From: an uncultured Clostridia bacterium
Lineage (GTDB): Bacteria; Bacillota; Clostridia; Lachnospirales; Lachnospiraceae
DNA length: 64,000 nucleotides
Reading direction: 5' to 3'
NCBI GenBank assembly: GCA_946184675.1
Contig: CAMHFW010000001.1
Location: 14,822-78,821, forward strand
Below are positions 9,229-17,797 of this stretch, piece after piece. Each line of letters begins with the position of its first letter. The stretch's first letter is position 1. The position numbers were made by a program, and so were the translations under genes. The notes under the pieces were generated by a model, which saw nothing but the letters and a program-made list of their open reading frames with translations, had not been told where the DNA came from and made no database searches.

Positions 9229-10599
9229 TCAATAGACTTCCTCTATCGAAAATGTGCCCTCCCCTTTCAGATAACAGTTAAAAAATTGCAATACAAGGGA
9301 ATTGACAATCGTCATCGTCTCGGCCGTGTCCCGCTCTCCGCTGCCCAGCATATTCCCCAAAAACGGGGACAGCAGCGGCAGGTCAGTAAAGTCCATATGT
9401 CCGGTGTCCCGAATCGTGGTGGTGAACCCGGCTGCAGCCTGCTGCATCAGTATGTCATTGGGATAACGCCCGCCCTGTGCCCGATATTCTCTCTGGTCAT
9501 TATACGATTCCCAATTAATGAATTCAAGCACCGGGCAGTTATAGGCTTCTTCACGCACAATGAGTTCACCGTTTTCGACACCGGTATACTCAGAAAGCAT
9601 TGTACCGTCAATGTCGATCACGGCGGAAATATCATTTCTCTCCCGTCCCAGGGCCACGCTGGTAGCGCCGCCCATGGAGTGCCCCATCAGGCCGATTTTG
9701 GAGAAATCGGTCCTCTGTAAAATGGCCTGAATCCTGTCAGCATCATCATCAGCCAGAAACCAGCTGTCATCGATTGCATCCTGACTGCCTGCGCGCTTCA
9801 GCTCGTCCACAGCAAAATTCATATCGGCCGTGCGAAGCGCCATCCAATCTGTATAAAGTGCCAGCTGTTCCTCCGGAGCCATCTCATTGTTCAAGTTCAT
9901 GGCCTCATTTAAAAACTCCCTGTCCGCCAGAATCGTCCTGCCGTCCGTGTCCTGCGTAAAAAACGCGTGATGAGGATGATCAAGTGATACAACCACATAA
10001 CCATTGCTGGCAAGCTCCATATAGGTGGAGGTGTTGCTCTGATAATAGCCAAAGGCTCCATGAGAAAAAACAAGCAGAGGGAACTGGTCTGTACCGGTAT
10101 CGTTCCCCTCCGGATAATAGAAATGTACCGGCACTTCACGACTCGTCCCGTCCTGTTCGAAGGGATCCGTCCGAGACCGGTCGATCAGAATAGCGGACGC
10201 TTCCCCAATCCGGTATTGGCCTGAAACGGGCAGACCCTTGTAGCCGGTAAAGAGAAACGCAGGGGTCAGAAAAAGCCCGCAAATAAGAATAAACACTACA
10301 CAAAGAGCGATAGCGCCGGTGGGTTTCCTCGCTCTCTCCGGTCTGTTTCGCCTGATCAGCACAATCAGCGCCGCGATCACAAGCATTAATGCAAGAAAAA
10401 TGAGCAGCGGCACGAAGCGCCATCTCTGCCCGAAAGGAAGCAGCAGCGCGATGCAGGCAATGGCTGCTTCGATGATTCGAAGGATCAGCCGGCTCTTACG
10501 AAATATCTTCTTTTCTTTTCCCTTTGTGCAAGTCCAACATGCAAACACGATTTCCAGAACCGCTAGAAGCGCAAATATGATCAGTCCCATACTAGTCAC
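9229..10599 (-). CDS. Membrane-anchored alpha/beta hydrolase (PAF-acetylhydrolase / dienelactone-hydrolase-like)
   Basis: About four N-terminal TM helices, a GHSMGGATS nucleophile elbow, and a later HMDFTD motif as the likely catalytic His region. Confidence 0.7.
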   Translation of the reverse strand: MTSMGLIIFALLAVLEIVFACWTCTKGKEKKIFRKSRLILRIIEAAIACIALLLPFGQRWRFVPLLIFLALMLVIAALIVLIRRNRPERARKPTGAIALCVVFILICGLFLTPAFLFTGYKGLPVSGQYRIGEASAILIDRSRTDPFEQDGTSREVPVHFYYPEGNDTGTDQFPLLVFSHGAFGYYQSNTSTYMELASNGYVVVSLDHPHHAFFTQDTDGRTILADREFLNEAMNLNNEMAPEEQLALYTDWMALRTADMNFAVDELKRAGSQDAIDDSWFLADDDADRIQAILQRTDFSKIGLMGHSMGGATSVALGRERNDISAVIDIDGTMLSEYTGVENGELIVREEAYNCPVLEFINWESYNDQREYRAQGGRYPNDILMQQAAAGFTTTIRDTGHMDFTDLPLLSPFLGNMLGSGERDTAETMTIVNSLVLQFFNCYLKGEGTFSIEEVY

Positions 10600-10723
10600 C
10601 TGTCCTTTATTTAAATTCTGCTGTCATTGTATCGGGTCTGTATCTTTTTTCAAGGGTTCAGGCGGTAAGATGCATTTTGAGACAATAAGATGCAGGCAAA
10701 TGGCATTCAGGCTGCGCGTATCA

Positions 10724-10777
10724 TATAAAAGAAAAAGCTCCTTTTCCTGCCGCGAATGTGTTCAGAAAAGGAGCTTT
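10724..10777 (-). terminator. Rho-independent terminator after trxA
   Basis: 12-bp stem AAAGCTCCTTTT/AAAAGGAGCTTT (10734..10745 with 10766..10777), followed on the minus strand by TTTCTTTTAT. Confidence 0.6.
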
Positions 10778-10803
10778 CCATTATTCATTCTATTTGTCAG
10801 TTC

Positions 10804-11112
10804 TTATTTCACCAGATTCAGGATAGCGTCCTTGGGGATCACGCCAACGCTCTGGTTTGCGAGCTGACCATTCTTAAATACCAGGAGGGTCGGGATGCTC
10901 ATGATGCCGTACTGCTGGGCAAGCTCCATCTCCTCATCTACATTGATCTTGCAGACCTTGATGTCAGCGTTCTCTTCTGCGATCTGATCAACAACCGGAG
11001 AGAGCATCTTGCATGGGCCGCACCATACTGCCCAGAAATCTACCAGAACCGGCTTGTCTGCATTTAATACTTCCTGCTGAAAATTATCTTTTGTAACAAC
11101 TGTAACTGCCAT
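10804..11112 (-). CDS. trxA: Thioredoxin
   Basis: 102 aa with the WCGPC active site (FWAVWCGPCKM). Confidence 0.95.
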   Translation of the reverse strand: MAVTVVTKDNFQQEVLNADKPVLVDFWAVWCGPCKMLSPVVDQIAEENADIKVCKINVDEEMELAQQYGIMSIPTLLVFKNGQLANQSVGVIPKDAILNLVK

Positions 11113-11132
11113 TTTGATCGTCCTTTCTTTGT

Positions 11133-11582
11133 TTACATCTCCCCGCAGTTTGTGCCGAGTATTTTATATAAAGTCCTGTACAGCTGCATGGCCTCTTCCG
11201 GGTCCAGCTTCACACAGGAACCAACCTGCTGCGGAATATCCCGCGCTTTTTCTTTCAGCTTCTGCCCGTCTTCTGTCAGGCTGATCTGAACACATCTCTC
11301 ATCCTCCGGACATCTGCGCCTTGTAATCAGGCCATGCTCCTCCATCTTCTTCAAAAGAGGGGTCAGCGTGCCGGTGTCCAGAAACAGCTTCCTTCCCAGG
11401 TCCCCGACCATGACCTGCTGCTCTTCCCAGAGCACCATCATGACCAGATACTGTGTATAGGTCAGTCCGAGCGGCTTCAGGAAGGGGGCATAACTCCCCG
11501 TGATCTTTCTGGCCGCCGCATAGAGCGGAAAGCAGAGCTGGTTCTTCAATTTTAATGCTTCATCGCGTGGGTCTTTTTCCAT
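11133..11582 (-). CDS. MarR-family transcriptional regulator (OhrR-like, organic peroxide sensing type)
   Basis: 149-aa winged-helix protein (LTYTQYLVMMVLWEEQ...VGDLGRKLFLDTGTLTPLLKKMEEHGLITRRR). An N-terminal Cys in QLCFPLY resembles the OhrR sensing Cys. Confidence 0.75.
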   Translation of the reverse strand: MEKDPRDEALKLKNQLCFPLYAAARKITGSYAPFLKPLGLTYTQYLVMMVLWEEQQVMVGDLGRKLFLDTGTLTPLLKKMEEHGLITRRRCPEDERCVQISLTEDGQKLKEKARDIPQQVGSCVKLDPEEAMQLYRTLYKILGTNCGEM

Positions 11583-11698
11583 CTCGTCTTCCTTTCTGCC
11601 CTACCGGGCCTTTTGGGCTGATTGATATCCTCTGCCCGGGGGATCTTCCCATCACGGCCGGTTTTCGCCGCATCCGGCTTCTTCGCCCGGACAGGGCT

Positions 11699-12568
11699 TT
11701 ACGCCTTCCCCAGCTTGTCCAGGTATCCGACTGCGGAAAGTGCTGCAACATTGCCCTCTCCCGCTGCCTTAATGTACTGGTAGGGTTTTCCTGTGATGTC
11801 TCCGCAAGCGAAGAATCCGGGAATATTTGTAGACATATCTCTCTTAACGGCTACATGTCCTTCTTCCATCTCCAGACCGGGTACCAGCTGTGAGGGCATC
11901 ACGCTCTCACGCAGGATAAAGATGCCGTCTACCTTGTACTCTGACCCGCTGGTTACCAGAGTGTCTGCCTTGAAGCCGCCCTTGATCTCCTTAGGCGCCT
12001 CACGGATTACCTCGATGCCGTCTTTGACATGCACTTCCTCCTTATACTGGGGGAAGTAAAATACCTTGGAGGCATATTCCGCCATGAAATCAGCTTCATG
12101 CTCATCTTCTGCGGAATAGGCAACAACTGCTGCTGTCTTTCCTTTATATAAAGGAGCATCACAAGTTGCACAATAGCTCACGCCGCGTCCCACCATGGGT
12201 TCCTCTCCCGGAAGCATCCTGGACGGTGCCATGCCTGCTGCCAGAATAATACTGCGGCTCTCGTACATCCCGTTCATTCCCTGCAGGGAGAAATATTCGC
12301 CCATGGGATAGATCAATGTGATCTTGTCTTCGGTAATTTCGATCTCCATCTGAGCCAGATGGTCGAGAAATGCCTTCTGCATCTGCTCGCCGCCCACCGG
12401 GCCAAGACCGGGATAATTGCTGACCGTATGTGCTTTCTGCACCTTCTCACTCAGCCTGGCGGATCCGATCAGAAGAAAACTCTTTTTACGTATCTTTGCT
12501 GTGATTGCGGCAGAGATTCCTGCAGGGCCTGTGCCGACAATAATCAGGTCATATCTTTCCATACTCAC
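11699..12568 (-). CDS. Thioredoxin-reductase-like flavoprotein lacking pyridine-nucleotide-binding motifs (FFTR-like candidate)
   Basis: FAD motif IIVGTGPAG, redox-active CATCD, and C-terminal FACGDITG. The position where TrxB carries GGGxSA and HRRxxxR reads GKTAAVVAYSAEDEHEADF instead. Confidence 0.75.
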   Translation of the reverse strand: MSMERYDLIIVGTGPAGISAAITAKIRKKSFLLIGSARLSEKVQKAHTVSNYPGLGPVGGEQMQKAFLDHLAQMEIEITEDKITLIYPMGEYFSLQGMNGMYESRSIILAAGMAPSRMLPGEEPMVGRGVSYCATCDAPLYKGKTAAVVAYSAEDEHEADFMAEYASKVFYFPQYKEEVHVKDGIEVIREAPKEIKGGFKADTLVTSGSEYKVDGIFILRESVMPSQLVPGLEMEEGHVAVKRDMSTNIPGFFACGDITGKPYQYIKAAGEGNVAALSAVGYLDKLGKA

Positions 12569-12592
12569 CGCATCCTTTTCCTTACTCTTACA

Positions 12593-13138
12593 CTAAATCA
12601 GCTTGGCAACGCAAGCGTCGATGTCCTTCATGTCCTGTGTAGGCTCGAAACGGGCGACTACATTACCCTCTCTGTCTACAACAAACTTGGTGAAATTCCA
12701 TTTGATCTCCGGATTGTTCTTGTAATCCTTATCAATCTTCTTAAGCAGTGCTCCCATCGCAATCGCCTTGGGGCCCTTGCCGAATCCCTCAAAACCCTTC
12801 TGGCTCTTGAGATATCCGTAAAGCGGCAGAGCTGTCTCACCGTTCACATCGCTCTTCTTCATCTGAGGGAACTGTGTATTGTACTTCAGTGTGCAGAACG
12901 CATGGATCTCCTCATCTGTGCCCGGAGTCTGGCCTGCGAACTGGTTGCAGGGAATGTCGATGATCTCCAGTCCCTGATCATGATACTTCTCGTAAATATC
13001 TTCAAGGTCTTTGTACTGAGGAGTGAACCCGCAGCCTGTCGCGGTATTAACAATGATCATAACCTTGCCTTTGTACTCTGCAAGAGAAATCTCCTCGCCT
13101 GCGGGTGTAACAACAGAATAATCATAAATATTGCTCAT
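12593..13138 (-). CDS. gpx: Glutathione-peroxidase-family thiol peroxidase
   Basis: VNTATGCGFTPQY (peroxidatic Cys), FPCNQF-like IPCNQFAGQ, and WNFTKF are all GPx signatures. Confidence 0.9.
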   Translation of the reverse strand: MSNIYDYSVVTPAGEEISLAEYKGKVMIIVNTATGCGFTPQYKDLEDIYEKYHDQGLEIIDIPCNQFAGQTPGTDEEIHAFCTLKYNTQFPQMKKSDVNGETALPLYGYLKSQKGFEGFGKGPKAIAMGALLKKIDKDYKNNPEIKWNFTKFVVDREGNVVARFEPTQDMKDIDACVAKLI

Positions 13139-13177
13139 GAGAAAACTCCTTTCCTAAACCTTTTGTTTTTTATTTTT

Positions 13178-13214
13178 TACAATTGTATTGTATCAAATAT
13201 AATTGGTTTGTCAA
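13178..13214 (-). promoter_or_regulatory. Promoter of the gpx operon (TTGACA-16 nt-TACAAT) overlapped by the palindrome TACAATTGTA (OhrR-type operator candidate)
   Basis: On the minus strand, -35 is at 13214..13209 and -10 at 13192..13187. A perfect 10-bp palindrome lies at 13178..13187, within TACAATACAATTGTA. Confidence 0.6.
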
Positions 13215-13263
13215 GTATTTTTTTCTTCCATTTCCCAATATCCGTATCATTTTTTCAAATCGC

Positions 13264-13737
13264 TTATTCCTGTCTGTTTTCCACGGCTTCCTGCGCCAGT
13301 CTGCCCACTTCCTCTGCGCCGTAGGAGGGCTCAAAATCATCCGTATCACTGCAGATTCTGCCTCCGCAGGTCTCCAGGACATTTTTCAGAATCTGAACCG
13401 CCGCCTGATCATCCGCGCTGTGCCAGCTGGCCTGATACTGGCGGGTGATTCCCTGCTTCTCAAACCAGGCCTGGTCTGCAGGGTCTATAAAACACTCTTT
13501 TGCATCCTGAAAGATCAGGGAATCTGCCTCCAGCTCAACCGCACAGAGATTGATATCGGGCCAGATATCTGCCTTATCCGCAAAAGCGTCCCCGACTGCG
13601 TTCATAATATCGCGTGCGGAAACATCGCCCTCCGGGAAATAATAGTATTCCACAATCCGGCGGGGCGGAACTCTCTTTACAATAGCTGTCACATCTTTAT
13701 TCCCTTTATTTTTGAATGCATTCGTCTTCTTTTTCAT
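13264..13737 (-). CDS. Hypothetical acidic protein, no family recognised
   Basis: 157-aa ORF whose start overlaps the Nudix stop by 1 nt. I recognise no motifs. Confidence 0.55.
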   Translation of the reverse strand: MKKKTNAFKNKGNKDVTAIVKRVPPRRIVEYYYFPEGDVSARDIMNAVGDAFADKADIWPDINLCAVELEADSLIFQDAKECFIDPADQAWFEKQGITRQYQASWHSADDQAAVQILKNVLETCGGRICSDTDDFEPSYGAEEVGRLAQEAVENRQE

Positions 13738-14363
13738 CAGATCGGATCTCCTTCCCGCAGGCCTGCCTCTGCCTTCAGCGTTTTTACCACGCCCTGCATG
13801 ATATAAGCCGTCAGCCCCCAGATAACATAGTCCTCGTAATAATAAAAGTAAATACCGGTCCTGCCATTTTTCCAGGGATACTTCCTGCCGCCGGGAACCT
13901 TGTCAAAAGGAAAATTCTCCGGCTGTCTGGCAATGATCGTGTTGTAATAAACTTCCGGCCGGGTATTGAGGAAAAAGCGCAGGGGAACGGTAAAGACCCT
14001 GGCTACCTCTGCTTCTGAAAACTGCATATCATAATCGGTCAGTTCGCACATAAACACAGAAATCTTGTTCTGATAGACCGTCAGCATATAGTCCATTTCT
14101 GCAATTACATGGATTTGCCCTTGCTGCAGCTGCAGTTCTTCCATAGTCTCCCGGATGGCATTTTCCAAGGGTGTCTCTCCCGGCTCTCTGCCTCCCCCCG
14201 GAAAACAGATCTCCCCGGGCTGCCGTTTGAGCCGGCTGGCCCTCTGCTCAAAAAGGACATGAATGCCATCCTCTTTCCGGATCAATGGAACCATAACCGA
14301 ATATTGTCTGTAAATGCCCTCGTCAATCGCCTGTGCAGCTCTTCCTTTTAAAGCATCAAACAT
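13737..14363 (-). CDS. Nudix hydrolase (CoA-pyrophosphatase-like)
   Basis: Nudix box GGGREPGETPLENAIRETMEELQL, preceded by a RASRLKRQPGEICFPGG-type motif seen in the NudL/CoA pyrophosphatase subgroup. Confidence 0.8.
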   Translation of the reverse strand: MFDALKGRAAQAIDEGIYRQYSVMVPLIRKEDGIHVLFEQRASRLKRQPGEICFPGGGREPGETPLENAIRETMEELQLQQGQIHVIAEMDYMLTVYQNKISVFMCELTDYDMQFSEAEVARVFTVPLRFFLNTRPEVYYNTIIARQPENFPFDKVPGGRKYPWKNGRTGIYFYYYEDYVIWGLTAYIMQGVVKTLKAEAGLREGDPI

Positions 14364-14372
14364 TGATCTCTC

Positions 14373-14903
14373 CTAATACTCGATTCCCTGCCGGGCTGCC
14401 AGTCCCTGATCATAGGGATGTTTGATCTTTTTCATCTCTGTAATATAATCCGCACGCTCCATAAGTGCTTCAGAAGGATGACGGCCGGTCAGCACGACCT
14501 CAGTCTCCTCAGGCAGCTGATCTAGGAAATCCATCAGGATCTGTTCGTCGATAAATCCTTTTTCCACTGCCGTGATGATTTCATCCAGTACAAGCAGCCC
14601 GTAGCTGCCCTGCAGGATACGGAAAAGCAGGCTGTCCATATACTGCTCATAGACCTGCTTAACCTCCTCTTTCCCCTGCTCGCTGATCTCCCAGGTAAAT
14701 CCGTAAAAACCCGGGTTGGGCATCATGGAAATGGTCTCAATATCTTCAAAAGAAGCCAGCTCGCCGGAGCTGGAATCCTTCATAAACTGTACGAACGCCA
14801 CCTTTCCTTCATGTCCGGCAAAGCGCACTGCCAGGCCTACGGCCGCTGTGGTCTTTCCCTTTCCTTCTCCCATATAGATATGAAGTCTTCCGCGTGTGTC
14901 CAT
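14373..14903 (-). CDS. cobO: Cob(I)yrinic acid a,c-diamide adenosyltransferase (CobA/CobO/BtuR type)
   Basis: The P-loop GEGKGKTTAAVGLAVRFAGHEGKVAFVQFMK and ...LLVLDEI are typical. The ATG at 14903 has a GGGAG RBS. Confidence 0.85.
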   Translation of the reverse strand: MDTRGRLHIYMGEGKGKTTAAVGLAVRFAGHEGKVAFVQFMKDSSSGELASFEDIETISMMPNPGFYGFTWEISEQGKEEVKQVYEQYMDSLLFRILQGSYGLLVLDEIITAVEKGFIDEQILMDFLDQLPEETEVVLTGRHPSEALMERADYITEMKKIKHPYDQGLAARQGIEY

Positions 14904-14923
14904 TTTACTCACTCCCTGTATTA

Positions 14924-15616
14924 TCATTTTGTATTAGTATCATTATACCCGCACCGGATAATAAAATCCAGCATCTGCTCCGGCGTGTCTGCCAGAAATA
15001 CCGGATGAAAGGTCTCCAGAAGGGCCCGGTCCCGAAATCCCCAGCTGACCAGAAGGCAGTCCATGCCTGCGGCCGCCGCGGTCTGGGCATCCACCTCGGA
15101 ATCTCCCACATACAGGGCCCGCTCCCGCTTTGTCCCAAGCTTCTCCAGCGCCGAAAAAACCATATCCGGGGCCGGTTTTTTCCGTATGCCTGCTACCTCA
15201 TTCTCGCCTGCCGCAACAGCGATACGGTCTCCAAAGTAATAGTCACTCAGTCCTTCCGTTGCTGACTGAAATTTGTTCGACACAATTGCCATCCGGATCC
15301 TGCTCTCGCGCAGTCTGTCCAGCGCCTCCGGAATCCCCGGATAAGGCCGGGTCAGATCTCTGAAATGGGCACTGTAATACTCTTTAAAGGTCTGCAGCAC
15401 CCTGTCCTTCTCCTCTGCGGAAGTACCCTCAGGCACCGCGCGCTGTACAAGTTTTACCACGCCGTTCCCCACAAATCGCCTCACCTCATCCAGCGTACGC
15501 CGCGGAAATCCGCATACCGCAAGTGCCTCATTGATGGCATTGGCCAGGTCATCCAGTGTGTTCAGCAAAGTGCCGTCCAGATCAAAAACAACGGCATCGT
15601 ATCTTTTCTCTGTCAT
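14924..15616 (-). CDS. HAD-superfamily phosphatase (phosphoglycolate-phosphatase-like)
   Basis: HAD motif I is VVFDLDGTLLNT, motif II is VSNK, and motif IV is YVGDSEVD. Confidence 0.85.
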   Translation of the reverse strand: MTEKRYDAVVFDLDGTLLNTLDDLANAINEALAVCGFPRRTLDEVRRFVGNGVVKLVQRAVPEGTSAEEKDRVLQTFKEYYSAHFRDLTRPYPGIPEALDRLRESRIRMAIVSNKFQSATEGLSDYYFGDRIAVAAGENEVAGIRKKPAPDMVFSALEKLGTKRERALYVGDSEVDAQTAAAAGMDCLLVSWGFRDRALLETFHPVFLADTPEQMLDFIIRCGYNDTNTK

Positions 15617-15659
15617 ATTTTCTTCATTCTTTCTGTCTTTTATACTTTATACCACAGCA

Positions 15660-16223
15660 TCAGGGAAGAAAGCCCAGATGCTGCAACAGAATACGGATCC
15701 CGATTCCAATCAGGATGATCCCTCCGGCGATCTCTGCTTTTTTCTTGTACCGCAGTCCGAAAACATTGCCGATTCTGACACCTGCTACAGATATCAGAAA
15801 TGTTGTCATCCCGATGAGCAGAATGGCTGTCAGGATTTGTACCCGCAGAAAGGCAAAGGTGATTCCAACCGCCAGAGCATCAATGCTGGTCGCCACCGCC
15901 AGCATAAGCATCTCCAGGAAAGCCAGCGATGCGCTTTCCTCATCCTCCTCGTCTGACAGTGCCTCCCGGATCATGTTGCCGCCGATCAGAGCCAGCAAGA
16001 CAAATGCAATCCAGTGATCAATCTTCTCAATGTATCCGCTGAATCTGCTCCCGGCCAGATACCCAAGCAGAGGCATGAGTGCCTGAAATCCTCCAAACCA
16101 TACGCCGACGATGACGGCTTTTCCCGCCGTGATTTTTTCCATCGCCAGCCCTTTACAGACGGAGACCGCAAATGCGTCCATTGACAGCCCGATCCCGATC
16201 AGAAGCATCTCCAGTATGCCCAT
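15660..16223 (-). CDS. mntP: Manganese efflux pump MntP
   Basis: MGILEMLLIGIGLSMDAFAVS, with a second MLAVATSIDALAVG repeat, fits the MntP/YebN family. The ATG at 16223 follows GGAGGG. Confidence 0.85.
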   Translation of the reverse strand: MGILEMLLIGIGLSMDAFAVSVCKGLAMEKITAGKAVIVGVWFGGFQALMPLLGYLAGSRFSGYIEKIDHWIAFVLLALIGGNMIREALSDEEDEESASLAFLEMLMLAVATSIDALAVGITFAFLRVQILTAILLIGMTTFLISVAGVRIGNVFGLRYKKKAEIAGGIILIGIGIRILLQHLGFLP

Positions 16224-16306
16224 ATATCCACCCTCCGCAGCATGCAGGCCTGTCCTTTTCACCTGCATGATTTTTATTATTTCTGCTATACGCAGCTTTC
16301 CTGGCA

Positions 16307-16335
16307 ATTATACCATCTTCGCAGGGCATTCTCAA
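16307..16335 (-). promoter_or_regulatory. Sigma-A-type promoter for mntP (TTGAGA-17 nt-TATAAT)
   Basis: On the minus strand, -35 is at 16335..16330 and -10 at 16312..16307. The ~77-nt leader has an 8-bp hairpin, CATGCAGG...CCTGCATG, abutting the RBS. Confidence 0.55.
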
Positions 16336-16455
16336 TTATTTTGATACAGGAGCTTGCCCGTTTCTCGCCAAAGCTTTATACTGGTATTACTACCCAATGA
16401 CAACAAAAGCCACTTTACAGAAGGCTCTTTCCCAGTTCCTGAAAGGGAGATTTTT

Positions 16456-17796
16456 ATGTCAGCTCATATGAATTCATCTGTCGAAAAGTACGATGTCAGT
16501 CCTGTTTTTTCCGGGGAAGGCAGCGCCCCGGATCTGAGAATTTCTGTTCCTGGTTCTAAGAGCATTACCAACCGGGCTCTTTTGCTGGCCGCCCTTTCTG
16601 ATGGTGAAGTGAAGCTGGATGACATCCTGCTCAGCGATGACTCCCGGCACTTCATCCAGTGCCTGCGGGATCTTGGCTTTTTTGTCTTTCTGCAGGAGGA
16701 GATCAGGCGGATCCGCATCCGGGGATGCGGGAGCAGGCTCCCGAAACAGGAGGCAGAGATCTATGTGGGAAGCGCCGGCACGGCTGCCCGTTTCCTGACT
16801 GCTCTGCTGGGACTGGCCGGCGGCAGCTATCATCTGGATGCTTCCGCCCAGATGCGAAAGCGCCCCATGAAACCCCTTCTTGCCGCACTGGAATCTCTGG
16901 GCTGCAGAGTGTCCTATGATGAAAAGGAAGGTTATTTCCCCTTCACCCTGTATTCCGACGGACTAACGGGATCGGAAGTGACCGTAAATATTGATGACAG
17001 CAGCCAGTTTCTGAGTGCACTGATGATGGCCGCGCCGCTCCTGCAGCGGGATTTTACCATCCATGTCACCGGCCGCCACGGTTTTTCCTATATCGAAATG
17101 ACTGCTGAGATGATGCGGCGCTTTGGTGCAGAGGTAATCCGTCCGGATGAATCCACCTTCCGGATCCCGGCTCTTAGTGCATACAAATCCGGCAGCTATC
17201 TGATCGAGCCGGATGTCTCCGCCGCCTGCTATTTCTACGCCATGGCAGCCATCAGCGGCGGCACCGCCCTTGTGCCTGGTGTCCACGCAGATTCGATTCA
17301 GGGCGATATCGCTTTTCTGGACCTCCTCTGCCGCATGGGCTGCCATTATGAAGACAGCCGGGACGGCATCATCCTGACCGGTCCGGCAGGAGGGCATCTG
17401 CACGGAATCGACGCCGATATGCATGCTTTTTCCGACCAGGCTCTCACCCTGGCCGCCATTGCTCCCTTCGCAGACAGTCCGGTCACCATCCGCGGCATCT
17501 CACATATCCGTTTGCAGGAATGTGACCGTATCGAGGCCATCCTGACAAACCTGCGCCGTATGGGCATTCGGACTGAATGCTCCGCAGACGATGTACTTAC
17601 CATTTTCCCGGGGCCTGTACAGCCTGCCAGAATCGAAACCTTCGGCGACCACCGGGCAGCTATGGCCTTTGCCGTTACCGGCCTGCGCTCACCGGGCATC
17701 ACCATTCTCGATCCTCTTTGCTGCAGAAAGACCTTCGAGAACTATTTTGACCTTTTAGACCATATACAGAAATATGCAAAAGGAGTGAACCATTAA
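16456..17796 (+). CDS. aroA: 3-phosphoshikimate 1-carboxyvinyltransferase (EPSP synthase)
   Basis: ISVPGSKSITNRALLLAAL, GSAGTAARFLTAL and DHRAAMAFAV are signature motifs. The ATG at 16456 follows AAGGGAG. Confidence 0.93.
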   Translation: MSAHMNSSVEKYDVSPVFSGEGSAPDLRISVPGSKSITNRALLLAALSDGEVKLDDILLSDDSRHFIQCLRDLGFFVFLQEEIRRIRIRGCGSRLPKQEAEIYVGSAGTAARFLTALLGLAGGSYHLDASAQMRKRPMKPLLAALESLGCRVSYDEKEGYFPFTLYSDGLTGSEVTVNIDDSSQFLSALMMAAPLLQRDFTIHVTGRHGFSYIEMTAEMMRRFGAEVIRPDESTFRIPALSAYKSGSYLIEPDVSAACYFYAMAAISGGTALVPGVHADSIQGDIAFLDLLCRMGCHYEDSRDGIILTGPAGGHLHGIDADMHAFSDQALTLAAIAPFADSPVTIRGISHIRLQECDRIEAILTNLRRMGIRTECSADDVLTIFPGPVQPARIETFGDHRAAMAFAVTGLRSPGITILDPLCCRKTFENYFDLLDHIQKYAKGVNH

Positions 17797-17797
17797 C

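Noticed and set aside
11583-11698. GC-rich 116-nt gap between the trxR-like gene and marR as a riboswitch or attenuator
   Set aside because: It contains only short, imperfect complementarities and no terminator-like hairpin with a U-tract. It is probably just an internal promoter or spacer, and I could not support more from the sequence.
16224-16306. Expected a yybP-ykoY Mn2+ riboswitch upstream of mntP
   Set aside because: The leader is only ~77 nt. I could not find the conserved GGGGAGTAG / TTGACA-type four-way-junction elements, only a simple 8-bp hairpin. A covariance-model scan would settle it.
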